Assembly: GCA_965242965.1 (NCBI GenBank)
Contig: OZ251518.1
Location: 1,376,001 to 1,440,000, forward strand
DNA from: Candidatus Poribacteria bacterium
GTDB taxonomy: Bacteria > Poribacteria > WGA-4E > WGA-3G
Length of the DNA: 64,000 nucleotides
Direction of reading: 5' to 3'
A program made the translations under genes and the position numbers. Within the stretch, counting starts at the first letter, position 1. Every line of letters begins with the position of its first letter. Below, piece after piece: positions 19,514-29,005 of the stretch. The notes beneath the pieces were generated by a model. The model was not told the DNA's origin. It was given only the letters and a program-made list of their open reading frames with translations, and searched no databases.

Positions 19514-20605
19514 ATGAGACAGGTTACGCTTTATCGCGAACCGGGCCGCTTTGCCGGTTGGCCCGCAAACTACGGCATTTGGGCATGGGATAACGAAATC
19601 GTCGTCGGGTTTACCGTCGGCTACCATAAATCGGATGCAGGCTTTCATCGCCGGGACAGAGATAAACCGTTCACTGCGATGCAGGCGCGCAGTCTTGATG
19701 GCGGCGAAACATGGACAGTCGCCGAAACGCCGTGCCGCCTCCCCGGCAAAGGCACACTGTCCGCCGACGAACACGGACAAAACCAGCACAAATCGGAGAC
19801 AGCGGATGCCTATGAATCGCCGCGGCGCGTCAATTTCGCGCACCCCGATTTTGCCATGATGTGCAGTAGAACTGGATTGACAGCTGGCGCACACTCGTGG
19901 TTTTATACATCTACCGACAGGTGCCAAAGTTGGCAGGGCCCGTTTCGGCTGCCCGATTTCGGTTACACCGGCATCGCCGCCCGCACCGATTACCTCGTCT
20001 CCAATGCAGACGAATGCCTGCTTTTCCTCACCGCCGCCAAAGCGAATGGACAAGAAGGCTTGATATTCTGTGCACGCACAGTTGATGGAGGTATCTCCTT
20101 CTCACGGCTCTCCCAAATCGGACAGGAACCGGAAGGGTTCGCCATCATGCCGGCAAGCGTGCGGCTGTCTGAAACACACATTTTGGTGGCGGTTCGGTGC
20201 AGAGGCGGCGGCAACTCACCTGAGAACTGGCACACGCGGGAAAACTGGCTAGATCTTTACGCATCAGATGATAACGGACAGACATGGCACTATAAAAACC
20301 GGCCTGTGGAAAACACCGGCAGCGGCGGAAATCCGCCGACGTTGACGCTGCTGCACGATGGCAGGTTATGTCTGATTTACGGCTATCGTGATGCCCCGTA
20401 CCGCATTTGCGCGAAGTTGAGCGGCGATGCAGGCGAGACCTGGAGCAGTGAAATCGTCTTGCGCGATAACGGGGGAGACCACGACATCGGGTACCCCCGC
20501 ACGGTGCAACGGCCAGATGGCACAATCGTAACAGCCTATTATTTCGATGAGGAGCCAGATGGGGAACGGTTTATTGAGGCGACATTGTGGAAACCTCACC
20601 AATAG
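19514..20605 (+). CDS. BNR/Asp-box repeat (sialidase-like) protein
   Basis: Asp boxes SLDGGETW, STDRCQSW, SDDNGQTW, SGDAGETW; DIGYP motif; AGGAG RBS. Confidence 0.85.
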   Translation: MRQVTLYREPGRFAGWPANYGIWAWDNEIVVGFTVGYHKSDAGFHRRDRDKPFTAMQARSLDGGETWTVAETPCRLPGKGTLSADEHGQNQHKSETADAYESPRRVNFAHPDFAMMCSRTGLTAGAHSWFYTSTDRCQSWQGPFRLPDFGYTGIAARTDYLVSNADECLLFLTAAKANGQEGLIFCARTVDGGISFSRLSQIGQEPEGFAIMPASVRLSETHILVAVRCRGGGNSPENWHTRENWLDLYASDDNGQTWHYKNRPVENTGSGGNPPTLTLLHDGRLCLIYGYRDAPYRICAKLSGDAGETWSSEIVLRDNGGDHDIGYPRTVQRPDGTIVTAYYFDEEPDGERFIEATLWKPHQ

Positions 20606-20620
20606 TTGGCACTTTCCGCA

Positions 20621-21649
20621 CTATCTCGCCTTAATCTCTTCCCACGCGCGGTTATAGTGCCGCGTGAAATCGCCCGGGTCCCGCAACCACTCTAGCGATT
20701 CCAACACCTCTTTCGGTGGATAGATGAATTGATGCTCACGTAAAGATTGCGGCAAATGTTCCCTCGCTGTCGGCACACACGTCCCGTATTTCGTGAAGAG
20801 CGTGATTTTCGCATTGATTTCTGGGCGCAGCAAGTAGTTAATAAACTGCGCGGCGAGCCCCGGATGCGGCGCGGCTTTCGGAATGCAGACAGCGTCGATA
20901 AACTGGCTTGAACCTTCTCGCGGAATGACATACCGAATAGTGTTGCGCGTTTCGGCGGCACGGAAAGCATCGCCGCTCCAGCAGTGCGCCATCACCACAT
21001 CGCCAGCGATGAGCAGCTCCTCCGCCTCGCTTTTATACTGCTTCACGAGCGGTTTCTGAGCGATTAGTTTCTCCTTCGCCGCTTGGAGCTCCTTCGCATC
21101 GGTTGTGTTGAGGCTATATCCGAGCAGCTTGAGGGCGGCACCGAGCGTTTCACGCTGGTCATCGAGCATGCTGAACTGATTCGCGTATGTCTCATCCCAG
21201 AGGACGTTCCAACTATCGGGTGCCGGTTGGACGACAGCCGAATCATAGGCGATGCCTGCGGTGCCGAACGTGTAAGGCACGGAATAGCGGTTCTCGGCAT
21301 CGAAGTATTTGCCGAGGAACAGCGGGCTGACGTTCTGAAAATTCGGGATAGCACCCCGGTCTAATTCCGCCAACAGGTTCAACTTGATTAAGATTGATAC
21401 CATGTAATCGGACGGCATGATGACATCGTAGCCGGTGGCACCCGCTTGGAGTTTTGCAAGCAGGTCTTCGTTACTCGCGTAGGTATCGACGATAACGTCA
21501 ACGCCGAATTCCTTTTCAAACCCGTTGCGGATGTCGTCGCTGACATAGCCTGCCCAGGTGAAAATGTTAAGTTGCTCGTTTTTTGCTTCGCCTTGTCCGA
21601 TAGCGAGCGCGATGAAAACGAGCGTTAAGAGTAGATATTTTGTTTTCAT
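20621..21649 (-). CDS. potD: Spermidine/putrescine ABC transporter substrate-binding protein (PotD/PotF family)
   Basis: LNIFTWAGY, SNEDLLAKL, YDVIMPSDY, WSGDA, YVIPREG, FINYLLRPE. Confidence 0.85.
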   Translation of the reverse strand: MKTKYLLLTLVFIALAIGQGEAKNEQLNIFTWAGYVSDDIRNGFEKEFGVDVIVDTYASNEDLLAKLQAGATGYDVIMPSDYMVSILIKLNLLAELDRGAIPNFQNVSPLFLGKYFDAENRYSVPYTFGTAGIAYDSAVVQPAPDSWNVLWDETYANQFSMLDDQRETLGAALKLLGYSLNTTDAKELQAAKEKLIAQKPLVKQYKSEAEELLIAGDVVMAHCWSGDAFRAAETRNTIRYVIPREGSSQFIDAVCIPKAAPHPGLAAQFINYLLRPEINAKITLFTKYGTCVPTAREHLPQSLREHQFIYPPKEVLESLEWLRDPGDFTRHYNRAWEEIKAR

Positions 21650-21674
21650 AGTGTTATCCTATTTCGTGCGGCAA

Positions 21675-21855
21675 GGCGAGGGACAGGCCCTCGCCCTACG
21701 GTGACAAGGGAGTCATCTGAGGCTGGCGAGGGACAGGCCCTCGCCCTACGGTGAAACGGCGGCGTAGCGCGGGGGCCTGTCCCCCGCGATCGTTGCATGA
21801 CAAGGGAAACCCGCTCGCATGCGCGTGTGGCATCCGAGGGCCCTCGCCCTCCGTA
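21675..21855. repeat. REP-like cluster
   Basis: GGCGAGGGACAGGCCCTCGCCCTACG x2 and GTAGCGCGGGGGCCTGTCCCCCGCGA. Confidence 0.85.
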
Positions 21856-21866
21856 TATGAAAAAAA

Positions 21867-22229
21867 CTAATCGGCTGTTTCCGTTGGCAAACCTTCCGCT
21901 TCCCAACCTCGGAAACCGCCGGTGAGCACAGAAACGTTATCGTAGCCCATGATTTTCAAGGTATTCGCCGAGAGCGTGGCGCGGGTGCCGCCGCCGCAGT
22001 AGGTGACAATGTGCGCGTCCTGGTCTGGCGCGACTTCGTCAATATCCAATTCAAGGTAACCGCGCGGTAGCGAGACAGCGTTGGGCAGATGTTCTGCGTC
22101 GTAATCTGCTTCGTCGCGCACATCAATGAGGATGATGGGGTGTTCCGCCTCCGTGAGTTCTTCGGCGGAGATGTGTCCAACGTTCGCTTTCGCTTCGGCG
22201 AGTAGTTGTTGCAGGTTTTTTCCTCGCAT
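21867..22229 (-). CDS. Rhodanese-like domain protein
   Basis: IDVRDEADY..HLPNA; YCGGGTRA active-site loop; GGFRGW. Confidence 0.9.
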   Translation of the reverse strand: MRGKNLQQLLAEAKANVGHISAEELTEAEHPIILIDVRDEADYDAEHLPNAVSLPRGYLELDIDEVAPDQDAHIVTYCGGGTRATLSANTLKIMGYDNVSVLTGGFRGWEAEGLPTETAD

Positions 22230-22258
22230 GAAAAGTCCTCCTTGTTATGTTTGCGGTT

Positions 22259-22288
22259 ATTTTAGCAGTATGTGGGGATATGTGTCAA
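22259..22288 (-). promoter_or_regulatory. sigma70-type promoter (rhodanese gene)
   Basis: Minus strand TTGACA-18 nt-TAAAAT. Confidence 0.5.
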
Positions 22289-22363
22289 GTTTTTTCTTGT
22301 TCGCAACAGAAAGAAATTCGCCTTTATACCGTAGGGCGAGGGCCTGTCCCTCGCCGTGGCAAT

Positions 22364-22410
22364 TGTCTGAAGCAGGATTTACAAGATTTACAAGATTTAC
22401 AAGATTAGGA
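22364..22410. repeat. TGTCTGAAGCAGGATTT(ACAAGATTT)n element
   Basis: 9-nt tandem unit x3; related copies at about 28741 and, inverted, about 60320-60362. Confidence 0.75.
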
Positions 22411-22481
22411 GTAGCGCGGCGACAAAAACGCCAAAGACATCCTTGGTCTCATTGGAAATTCTGACTCATACAACAAAAAAC

Positions 22482-22510
22482 TTGACAACATTTGCATTTT
22501 CTGCGATAAT
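22482..22510 (+). promoter_or_regulatory. sigma70-type promoter (WD40 gene)
   Basis: TTGACA-17 nt-GATAAT. Confidence 0.6.
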
Positions 22511-22621
22511 CTTACCAACAGATATGGGACGCGGTGAGCAGGGCGCGGAGAGAACTCCCAGTAGGAGAGACCTCCCGGTCTCGACATCCGCCTAACTGAA
22601 CGCTTTTAAGGAGACATCCCC

Positions 22622-24664
22622 ATGAAAACCACACGTTTTTCCCTCGCGACGCTACTGATTCTTTCCATGCTATTTTTTCTTCCGAGCAGTTTCGCCCAGG
22701 AGTATACTCAATGGGGGTTACCGGAGGGTGCCAAACTGCGCCTCGGCAAAGGCAGCATCGGTGCGGCTCAGTATTCGCCGTATCTGGGCGAAGGTAGCAT
22801 GGATAATATGCAGTATTCGCCGGATGGCAAACTGCTGGCCGTTGCGAGTTCCATCGGCGTGTGGCTCTACGATACAGAAACTTATCAGGAACTCGCCTTG
22901 CTAACAGGACACACCCGTTTAGTCAGCAGTGTCTGTTTTAGCACGGATGGGCGTATTCTCGCGAGTGGCAGTTGGGATGACACCGTCAAACTGTGGGATG
23001 TGGCCACCGGCACCCTTCAACGAACCCTTAATTCATTTGGTTCTGTCACGGGCGTGCATTTCAGCCCGGACGGCCGCACGCTCGCTGTTGAAAGTAGCAG
23101 TGAAGATTCCTGGGGAATTGCGTTGCTGGATGTGAGGACCGGGACTCCGCGCACGTGGCTTGACGGCGACGTTTTGAGCATGGATTTCAGTCCGGACGGG
23201 CAGACGCTCGTCAGTAGCTATGTGGACGATAAAGTTCGTCTGTGGGATGTGGCCACCGGCACCCTTCTACGGACATTCAAAGGACGCACTGACACGAAAT
23301 ATCGCGTGCATGCCAATAGCGTGCGTTTCAGTGCGGATGGAGAAACGTTAGTGAGTGCAGCAAGTCAGACAGAAACGCGTTGGGAGATGAACAAGTCCTA
23401 CCTGATTCGGCAGTGGGATGTGGAGACTGGCGAACCCTTCAAAGAAATCATTGTCGGCACCGACACTGTCTCTAGCGTCTGTTGGAGTGCAGATGGACAG
23501 ACGTTGGCAAGGGGGAACTTGGATGGCACAATTCGGCTGTGGGATGGTGCCACCGGCGAACCCTTCAAAATGCTCATTGCTCACACCGACGCGGTCACTA
23601 GCATGTGTTGGGGTGCGGATGGACAGACGTTGGCGAGTGCGAGTCAGGATGGCACCATTCGACTGTGGGATGTGGAGACCGGTCTCCCGCGCCACACGTT
23701 TACGGGACAGACCTCGCGTGCCTCAAATATGGATTGGAGTTCGGATAAGCAGACGCTCGTCTATAGTAACCACGCAAATGGCAAGGTTTGGCTGTGGGAT
23801 GTGGAGACCGGCATCCCGCGTCCCACGTTCCCCTTCCGCATAGATGAGGAGGGCAGAAGTTTGAGTCTCAGTGCGGATGGGCAGATGCTGGCAATTGCGA
23901 GTGATGACACAACGATTCGGCTGTGGGACGTGGCAACCGACACTCTTCGCTACACGTTGCCCGGGCATACCAGGGATGTATCAAGTCTGTGTTTCAGTAC
24001 GGATGGGCAGATGTTGGCGAGTGGGAGTTGGGACATTCGGTTGTGGGATATCGCCACTGGCGCACCCCTGAGAACGTTTGGCAGACCGACCGGCTATATC
24101 GGGCTTGTCCGTAGCATGGCTTTCAGTCCGGATAGACAGACGCTCGCCAGTGGGCATAGGTTAGACAGTAAGGATTACGTGATTGGGCTGTGGGATGTGA
24201 ACACCGGCACCCTTCGCCACACGCTCACCGGCCATACCGGTGAAATCTCAAGCCTGTGTTTCAGTCCAGATGGCCAGACGTTGGCGAGTGGTAACGGTCT
24301 CAGTTGGTGGACTGAGTTAGGAATAACGGAGCACACGATTCAGTTGTGGGACATCGCAACCGGCGAACACCAAAAAACCTTTACTGGACACGTTGGTTCT
24401 GTCGAAAGCCTGTGTTGGAGTCCGGATGGGCACACCCTGGCAAGTGGCGGTGGACATAGCGGTGGCGAGCCAGGATGGCTGGACTACAAGGTTCGAGTCT
24501 GGGATGTGACCACCGGCGAACTCCAAAAGACGCTCACCGGACACACCGATGAAATCTTGAGCGTCCGTTTTAGTGCAGATGGACAAACGTTAGCGAGTGG
24601 GAGTGAGGATGGCACAGTCCTCTTGTGGGAGATGAACCCGGATGCACTTCCGGAGAAAAAATAG
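22622..24664 (+). CDS. Secreted WD40 repeat protein
   Basis: Signal peptide; LPEGAKLRLGKG N-terminus; about 14 GHT..V.S..FS.DG..LASGS.D..I.LWD repeats. Confidence 0.92.
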   Translation: MKTTRFSLATLLILSMLFFLPSSFAQEYTQWGLPEGAKLRLGKGSIGAAQYSPYLGEGSMDNMQYSPDGKLLAVASSIGVWLYDTETYQELALLTGHTRLVSSVCFSTDGRILASGSWDDTVKLWDVATGTLQRTLNSFGSVTGVHFSPDGRTLAVESSSEDSWGIALLDVRTGTPRTWLDGDVLSMDFSPDGQTLVSSYVDDKVRLWDVATGTLLRTFKGRTDTKYRVHANSVRFSADGETLVSAASQTETRWEMNKSYLIRQWDVETGEPFKEIIVGTDTVSSVCWSADGQTLARGNLDGTIRLWDGATGEPFKMLIAHTDAVTSMCWGADGQTLASASQDGTIRLWDVETGLPRHTFTGQTSRASNMDWSSDKQTLVYSNHANGKVWLWDVETGIPRPTFPFRIDEEGRSLSLSADGQMLAIASDDTTIRLWDVATDTLRYTLPGHTRDVSSLCFSTDGQMLASGSWDIRLWDIATGAPLRTFGRPTGYIGLVRSMAFSPDRQTLASGHRLDSKDYVIGLWDVNTGTLRHTLTGHTGEISSLCFSPDGQTLASGNGLSWWTELGITEHTIQLWDIATGEHQKTFTGHVGSVESLCWSPDGHTLASGGGHSGGEPGWLDYKVRVWDVTTGELQKTLTGHTDEILSVRFSADGQTLASGSEDGTVLLWEMNPDALPEKK

Positions 24665-24676
24665 AGGGAGAAGAAA

Positions 24677-25111
24677 ATGGAATCACTACAAAAATCAGTG
24701 CAAACGGTCATTGAATCGGGACGAATCGGCAGCCCGGTGTTTCTACGATGCGTCTGTCAAATCACGACTGCGAAGTCACTCCTGCAGCCAGCCGCGGCGG
24801 TGATGGCTCTCGCAAACGGATGGATGCCCGCGGCACCAGAAGGCATATACGCGCAAGGCGACACGGATGCAACGCAACTCACGCTAATGGTGCAATACGC
24901 CGGCGGACAATCGGCGGTGTTGAGCGTCAATCGGACGCAAACATGCACCGAATGCGATGTCATGTTAATCGGCAACAAAGGCGTTATCTATCACGAAACG
25001 CCGACCGGCAGGCACTCTATGAATGCAACGCCGCTCGAAATTGACGACGCAAGGGAATTGACATCTATCATCGCGCAGGCACTTGAAAGCGGACAACCAA
25101 CGCCGCTGTAG
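24677..25111 (+). CDS. Small protein resembling a stand-alone Gfo/Idh/MocA C-terminal domain
   Basis: IESGRIGSPVFLR, LIGNKG, ALESGQP resemble the Gfo C-terminal half; no Rossmann fold. Confidence 0.6.
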   Translation: MESLQKSVQTVIESGRIGSPVFLRCVCQITTAKSLLQPAAAVMALANGWMPAAPEGIYAQGDTDATQLTLMVQYAGGQSAVLSVNRTQTCTECDVMLIGNKGVIYHETPTGRHSMNATPLEIDDARELTSIIAQALESGQPTPL

Positions 25112-25225
25112 GAGAGCCCTTTCGGGCTCAATGCACTCGGTAGGAGAGACCTCCCGGTCTCGATGCATCCGTAGGAGAGACCTCCTGGTCTCGATTAGGA
25201 GCTTGTCCTAGGTGGAGGATTACGC

Positions 25226-26377
25226 ATGGAAAACAACGAAAAATACGGTGTGCTATTACTCGGCGGGCATCGCACACACCAAGAAAACTACGCCCAGAAT
25301 TTCGCGCAAGACGCACGCTGCCAACTCATCGCATTCGCCGATGAACAGGATGCACCGGCGGAACGCATCGCATTAGGAAAATCACTCGCCGAAGAATTGA
25401 ATCTGCCTTTCATCTCTGGCTTAGACGCGGCACTCGCGCGCGAGGATGTGCATATCGTGAGTCTCTGCACGGAAGTGGAACGGCGCGGGCGCGTCGGCGC
25501 GAAGTGTGCTGCGGCAGAGAAACATGTCTACCTCGACAAACCGATGGCACTGAATCCCGACGATGCAAACCTAATTACCGCCGCCGTGAAGCGCAGCGGT
25601 GTCCGGACGCAGATGTTCAGCAATATTCACAGCACTTGGGCGCGAAGTGTGAAACGGGGATTGGATAACGGCGAAATCGGCGAACTGCGCGCAATTCACT
25701 GCGATGTCCTATTCTCCAAAGGGCATCCCGGGAGCGCGCCTGTCGGCAAAAAAAGAATCGAGAAACCGACGGTGGAACGCTATAGTTTTGTTGAGGCGAA
25801 GCGCGAGATGTTTGATGTCGGCGTTTACGCGGTATCCATGGTGAATTGGCTCATACAGAAACCTGTGCGGAACGTCTTCGGCTCAACAGCGAACTACTTT
25901 TTCAAGGAGCATCACGATTGCGATGTTGAGGACTTCGGCGCGCTGATGTTGACGTTAGAAGGCGGCATCACGGCGACGATTGTCGGAGGACGCTATGGCT
26001 GGCAGAGTCATGCACGTGGCGGTGTGCAGAAAGTGCATCTCGTCGGCACAGAGAAGACGTTGACGTTCGATGCAGCGGCGAACCGTTTGGAGGTTTTCGC
26101 CGCTGAACCGGCGTTTGAACCACCTCCGCCGCATCCGCTCGATCCGATGGGGATGTGGAGTAGCACACAATCCGAAATCGGCATGCAACCGAAGCAGATG
26201 TGGAAAGATATCGGTGGTGGTGACGACGGTGCGCGAGAATTCAGCGCGTTTATTGATTGCATTGAAAACGGCGTGGAGAGTGAGATGAACGCCGAGTTCG
26301 CCGCGCAATCGGTTGAAATTATCACGGCGGGGTATCGTTCCGCGGCGAGTGGGGAGGTAGTTGAGATGCCGCAGTAG
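25226..26377 (+). CDS. Gfo/Idh/MocA family oxidoreductase
   Basis: KHVYLDKPMA, GEIGELRAI, DVGVY, DVED, YRSAASGEVV. Confidence 0.88.
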   Translation: MENNEKYGVLLLGGHRTHQENYAQNFAQDARCQLIAFADEQDAPAERIALGKSLAEELNLPFISGLDAALAREDVHIVSLCTEVERRGRVGAKCAAAEKHVYLDKPMALNPDDANLITAAVKRSGVRTQMFSNIHSTWARSVKRGLDNGEIGELRAIHCDVLFSKGHPGSAPVGKKRIEKPTVERYSFVEAKREMFDVGVYAVSMVNWLIQKPVRNVFGSTANYFFKEHHDCDVEDFGALMLTLEGGITATIVGGRYGWQSHARGGVQKVHLVGTEKTLTFDAAANRLEVFAAEPAFEPPPPHPLDPMGMWSSTQSEIGMQPKQMWKDIGGGDDGAREFSAFIDCIENGVESEMNAEFAAQSVEIITAGYRSAASGEVVEMPQ

Positions 26378-26425
26378 GCGAGACCTCCTGGTCTCGATGC
26401 CTCCCGGTCTCGATTAACTCCTCTC

Positions 26426-28237
26426 CTACCCCGTAACCCCCATCGCTTCCAACTCCGCAATCTGTCTCAGCCACGATTCTCGGATTTCGGGAGAATAATC
26501 ACCCGGTAGCAACGATTTTCGGGTGCAATTGACAAACGCTTGCAGAATCTGATATCGCCGAATCGGGCCGATGTTGGGCAAGATTCTGTCAGTGACGACA
26601 TCAACAATGTCATCAACAGTCAACTCTCCCTTGAGGTTCTTCGTGGCCTCGAGGTCTGCCCGAAGTGAGGAGAAACTCGCGGCGGAATAGCCTTCGGTAT
26701 GTTCTAGCAGCAGTTGCAGTGCCGCATCGGGGAGGGTTTGGTTGAAAACGTTGGCGAGCGTCCAACGGAGGAACGCCTCCCGGTCTGCCCCACTCGGGTC
26801 AAGCACCGGGATGACGATGTCTCCGACGCGGCCTTCTCGACGCAGGTCTGGGGAAAGATTATAGATGCGCGCCGTCATCAGCAGCCATGTGATATTACCG
26901 CGGAGCTGCGGATCGGACATCATCGCCTGTATCTTCCCGGTGAGTCTGCGTTCGGTGCTGTGTGCATCCCTACCGACATCGCCGAACTGCGTATCCGCCT
27001 CATCAACGAAGATGAGCACCTTCACCAATGCCATGAGCAACCGCCGCAGCCGCTCAAAGATGACATCTGTCTGTCCAAACCACATGCTGCGAATGTTTTT
27101 CAACACGAGGACAGGAATGTCCAATTCGCCAGCGAGTCCCTCAAAGATAAACGTCTTTCCACTTCCGATGGGCCCGCAGACGCTCAGCCCAGAGATAGCA
27201 TCGGTGCCGGTAGAGGTAATCCGCGGAATCAGACGTGTTTTGAGGAATTCGACCAGGTTCTGGTTGCCGACGATGTCCTTTAGGGTGTGCGCGGGCTTCT
27301 TGAATTCCACCACGTCTTCCCCCAATTGCGCTTGGATAAACTCCGAGACTTTCTCAATGACTGCTTCTGGACGAAGTTTTTCGCCGGAATAGCACGCCGC
27401 CGCCAGCAGTTGCCGCAACGCTTGTAGCGATAAACCAGCCGTTAGCATGGCTAGTTGCGCTTGGGTTCCCCAGAGGTTTAATGTCTTCCCCGCCGGTTTT
27501 TGCGTTCGATTGAACCAGGAGATGAAATGCTGGCGCGCCTCCATCGGCGGCGATGGAATCTCAACGCTGATAACCTGCGGTAGACGCATAATTCGCGAGT
27601 TGACGAGACTTTTCGACTCTGTAACGAAGAGGACTGTATCGGTTGCTTTCATGAACTCGGAATCCGAAATCCAATCTTGCACGATGCTGACGCGGTGTCT
27701 ATCCGCCTGACTCAAACTCCGAATTTCGCCTTCGGGGAGCAACATATCGGTTGCTTCAATGATGATGAGCAGCTTCTCGGCTAACAACTTTTCACCGAGG
27801 TGGTTCGTCGTGCGCGAGATGAGGCAGAATTGGCGGAGGAGTTCTAGTGCCAGCGTCGGGCTGCCGATCGCGTCGTCGAGATAGCGTTCAAACACATCTT
27901 CGCTAGGTGGATATGACTTCTCATGGCCAGTTCTCACGTTACGTTCCGGCGATGCGGCTTGTCGCCATAAGTTGAAGGCGGTGCGCATCTGCTCTCTGGC
28001 ACTGGTGCGGAGGAAACGGAGCGGCCCGTTGAGTTCGTAGACTATTAGAATAAACCCTGGAATATCCCAACTGCGAGTGAGGAATTTCACGAGAGGAATA
28101 TAGTCGCCCTGCTCTCCATCGCCAACAAAGAAGAGATCGTGGATATTCCCCGAAAGGACGATGCTGCGCGAGGTGCCCGAATTGATGAGCAATCCTGCCT
28201 CGGTGCGGAATGTGTAGTGTGGATTTTTAATCGCCAT
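26426..28237 (-). CDS. AAA+ ATPase (degenerate N-terminal module plus active C-terminal module)
   Basis: Walker A GPIGSGKT, pore loop SMWFGQT, Walker B LIFVDEAD, SRH LRREGRVG; N-terminal LSGNIHD and IIIEATD remnants. Confidence 0.88.
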   Translation of the reverse strand: MAIKNPHYTFRTEAGLLINSGTSRSIVLSGNIHDLFFVGDGEQGDYIPLVKFLTRSWDIPGFILIVYELNGPLRFLRTSAREQMRTAFNLWRQAASPERNVRTGHEKSYPPSEDVFERYLDDAIGSPTLALELLRQFCLISRTTNHLGEKLLAEKLLIIIEATDMLLPEGEIRSLSQADRHRVSIVQDWISDSEFMKATDTVLFVTESKSLVNSRIMRLPQVISVEIPSPPMEARQHFISWFNRTQKPAGKTLNLWGTQAQLAMLTAGLSLQALRQLLAAACYSGEKLRPEAVIEKVSEFIQAQLGEDVVEFKKPAHTLKDIVGNQNLVEFLKTRLIPRITSTGTDAISGLSVCGPIGSGKTFIFEGLAGELDIPVLVLKNIRSMWFGQTDVIFERLRRLLMALVKVLIFVDEADTQFGDVGRDAHSTERRLTGKIQAMMSDPQLRGNITWLLMTARIYNLSPDLRREGRVGDIVIPVLDPSGADREAFLRWTLANVFNQTLPDAALQLLLEHTEGYSAASFSSLRADLEATKNLKGELTVDDIVDVVTDRILPNIGPIRRYQILQAFVNCTRKSLLPGDYSPEIRESWLRQIAELEAMGVTG

Positions 28238-28339
28238 ATTTTTTACGTGAGTTCTCGGATGCACGGTAATGCCTATCCAAATCGGGTTCGTTTGGTATTA
28301 CAAGGTTATCGGAGGGTGTTTCATAACTCCGTTATGGAT

Positions 28340-28520
28340 GCCTCTTTAGGGGCTTTAGCACCTACATGTCTATAGAAAAACAGACATGCCACCGTTTTCA
28401 AGGTCCGTTAGGACCTTAATCCAGCGGCAGCGAGGTGCACAGCGGCACATTAAGGTCCTACAGACCTTAGGGGGCACTGCGGTGCAGATGCTATAGACAT
28501 TAAGGTCTTACAGACCTTAG
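28340..28520. repeat. Four-box AAGGTCC-NNN-GGACCTT element
   Basis: Palindromic boxes plus CTATAGACAT motifs; inverted homologs at about 33447-33620 and 60075-60295. Confidence 0.75.
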
Positions 28521-29005
28521 GCACGGCGAGGGAAACCCGCTCGCATGCGCGTGTGGCATCCGAGGGCCCTCGCCCTACGGCGAACGAGGACGATTTCTTA
28601 TTTCTTACCGTAGCGCGGGGGCCTGTCCCCCGCGATCGCCCGCGTGCCCCAGTGACTGTAGTTCGGGAGCACCTGCTCCCGAACGGGTCAAGATCTTATT
28701 TGTTACCGTAGCGCGGGGGCCTGTCCCCCGCGATCTTAATTGTCTGAAGCAGGATTTACAAGATTTTCAAGATTTACAGGATTAGGACCTCTTGGCGAGG
28801 CAAATCATCTTTCTACCGTAGCGCGGGGGCCTGTCCCCCGCGAGCTGCCGATCTCTACAAAAAATGCCCGCAGCCCAGAGACCCCGGATGGTTGCTCCAT
28901 GACCGAAGCATGGCGAGGGACAGGCCCTCGCCCTACGGTATAGAAGGCGGGCTTGATGCACGGCGAGGGACAGGCCCTCGCCCTACGGTGAACGGGCACG
29001 GTTTC

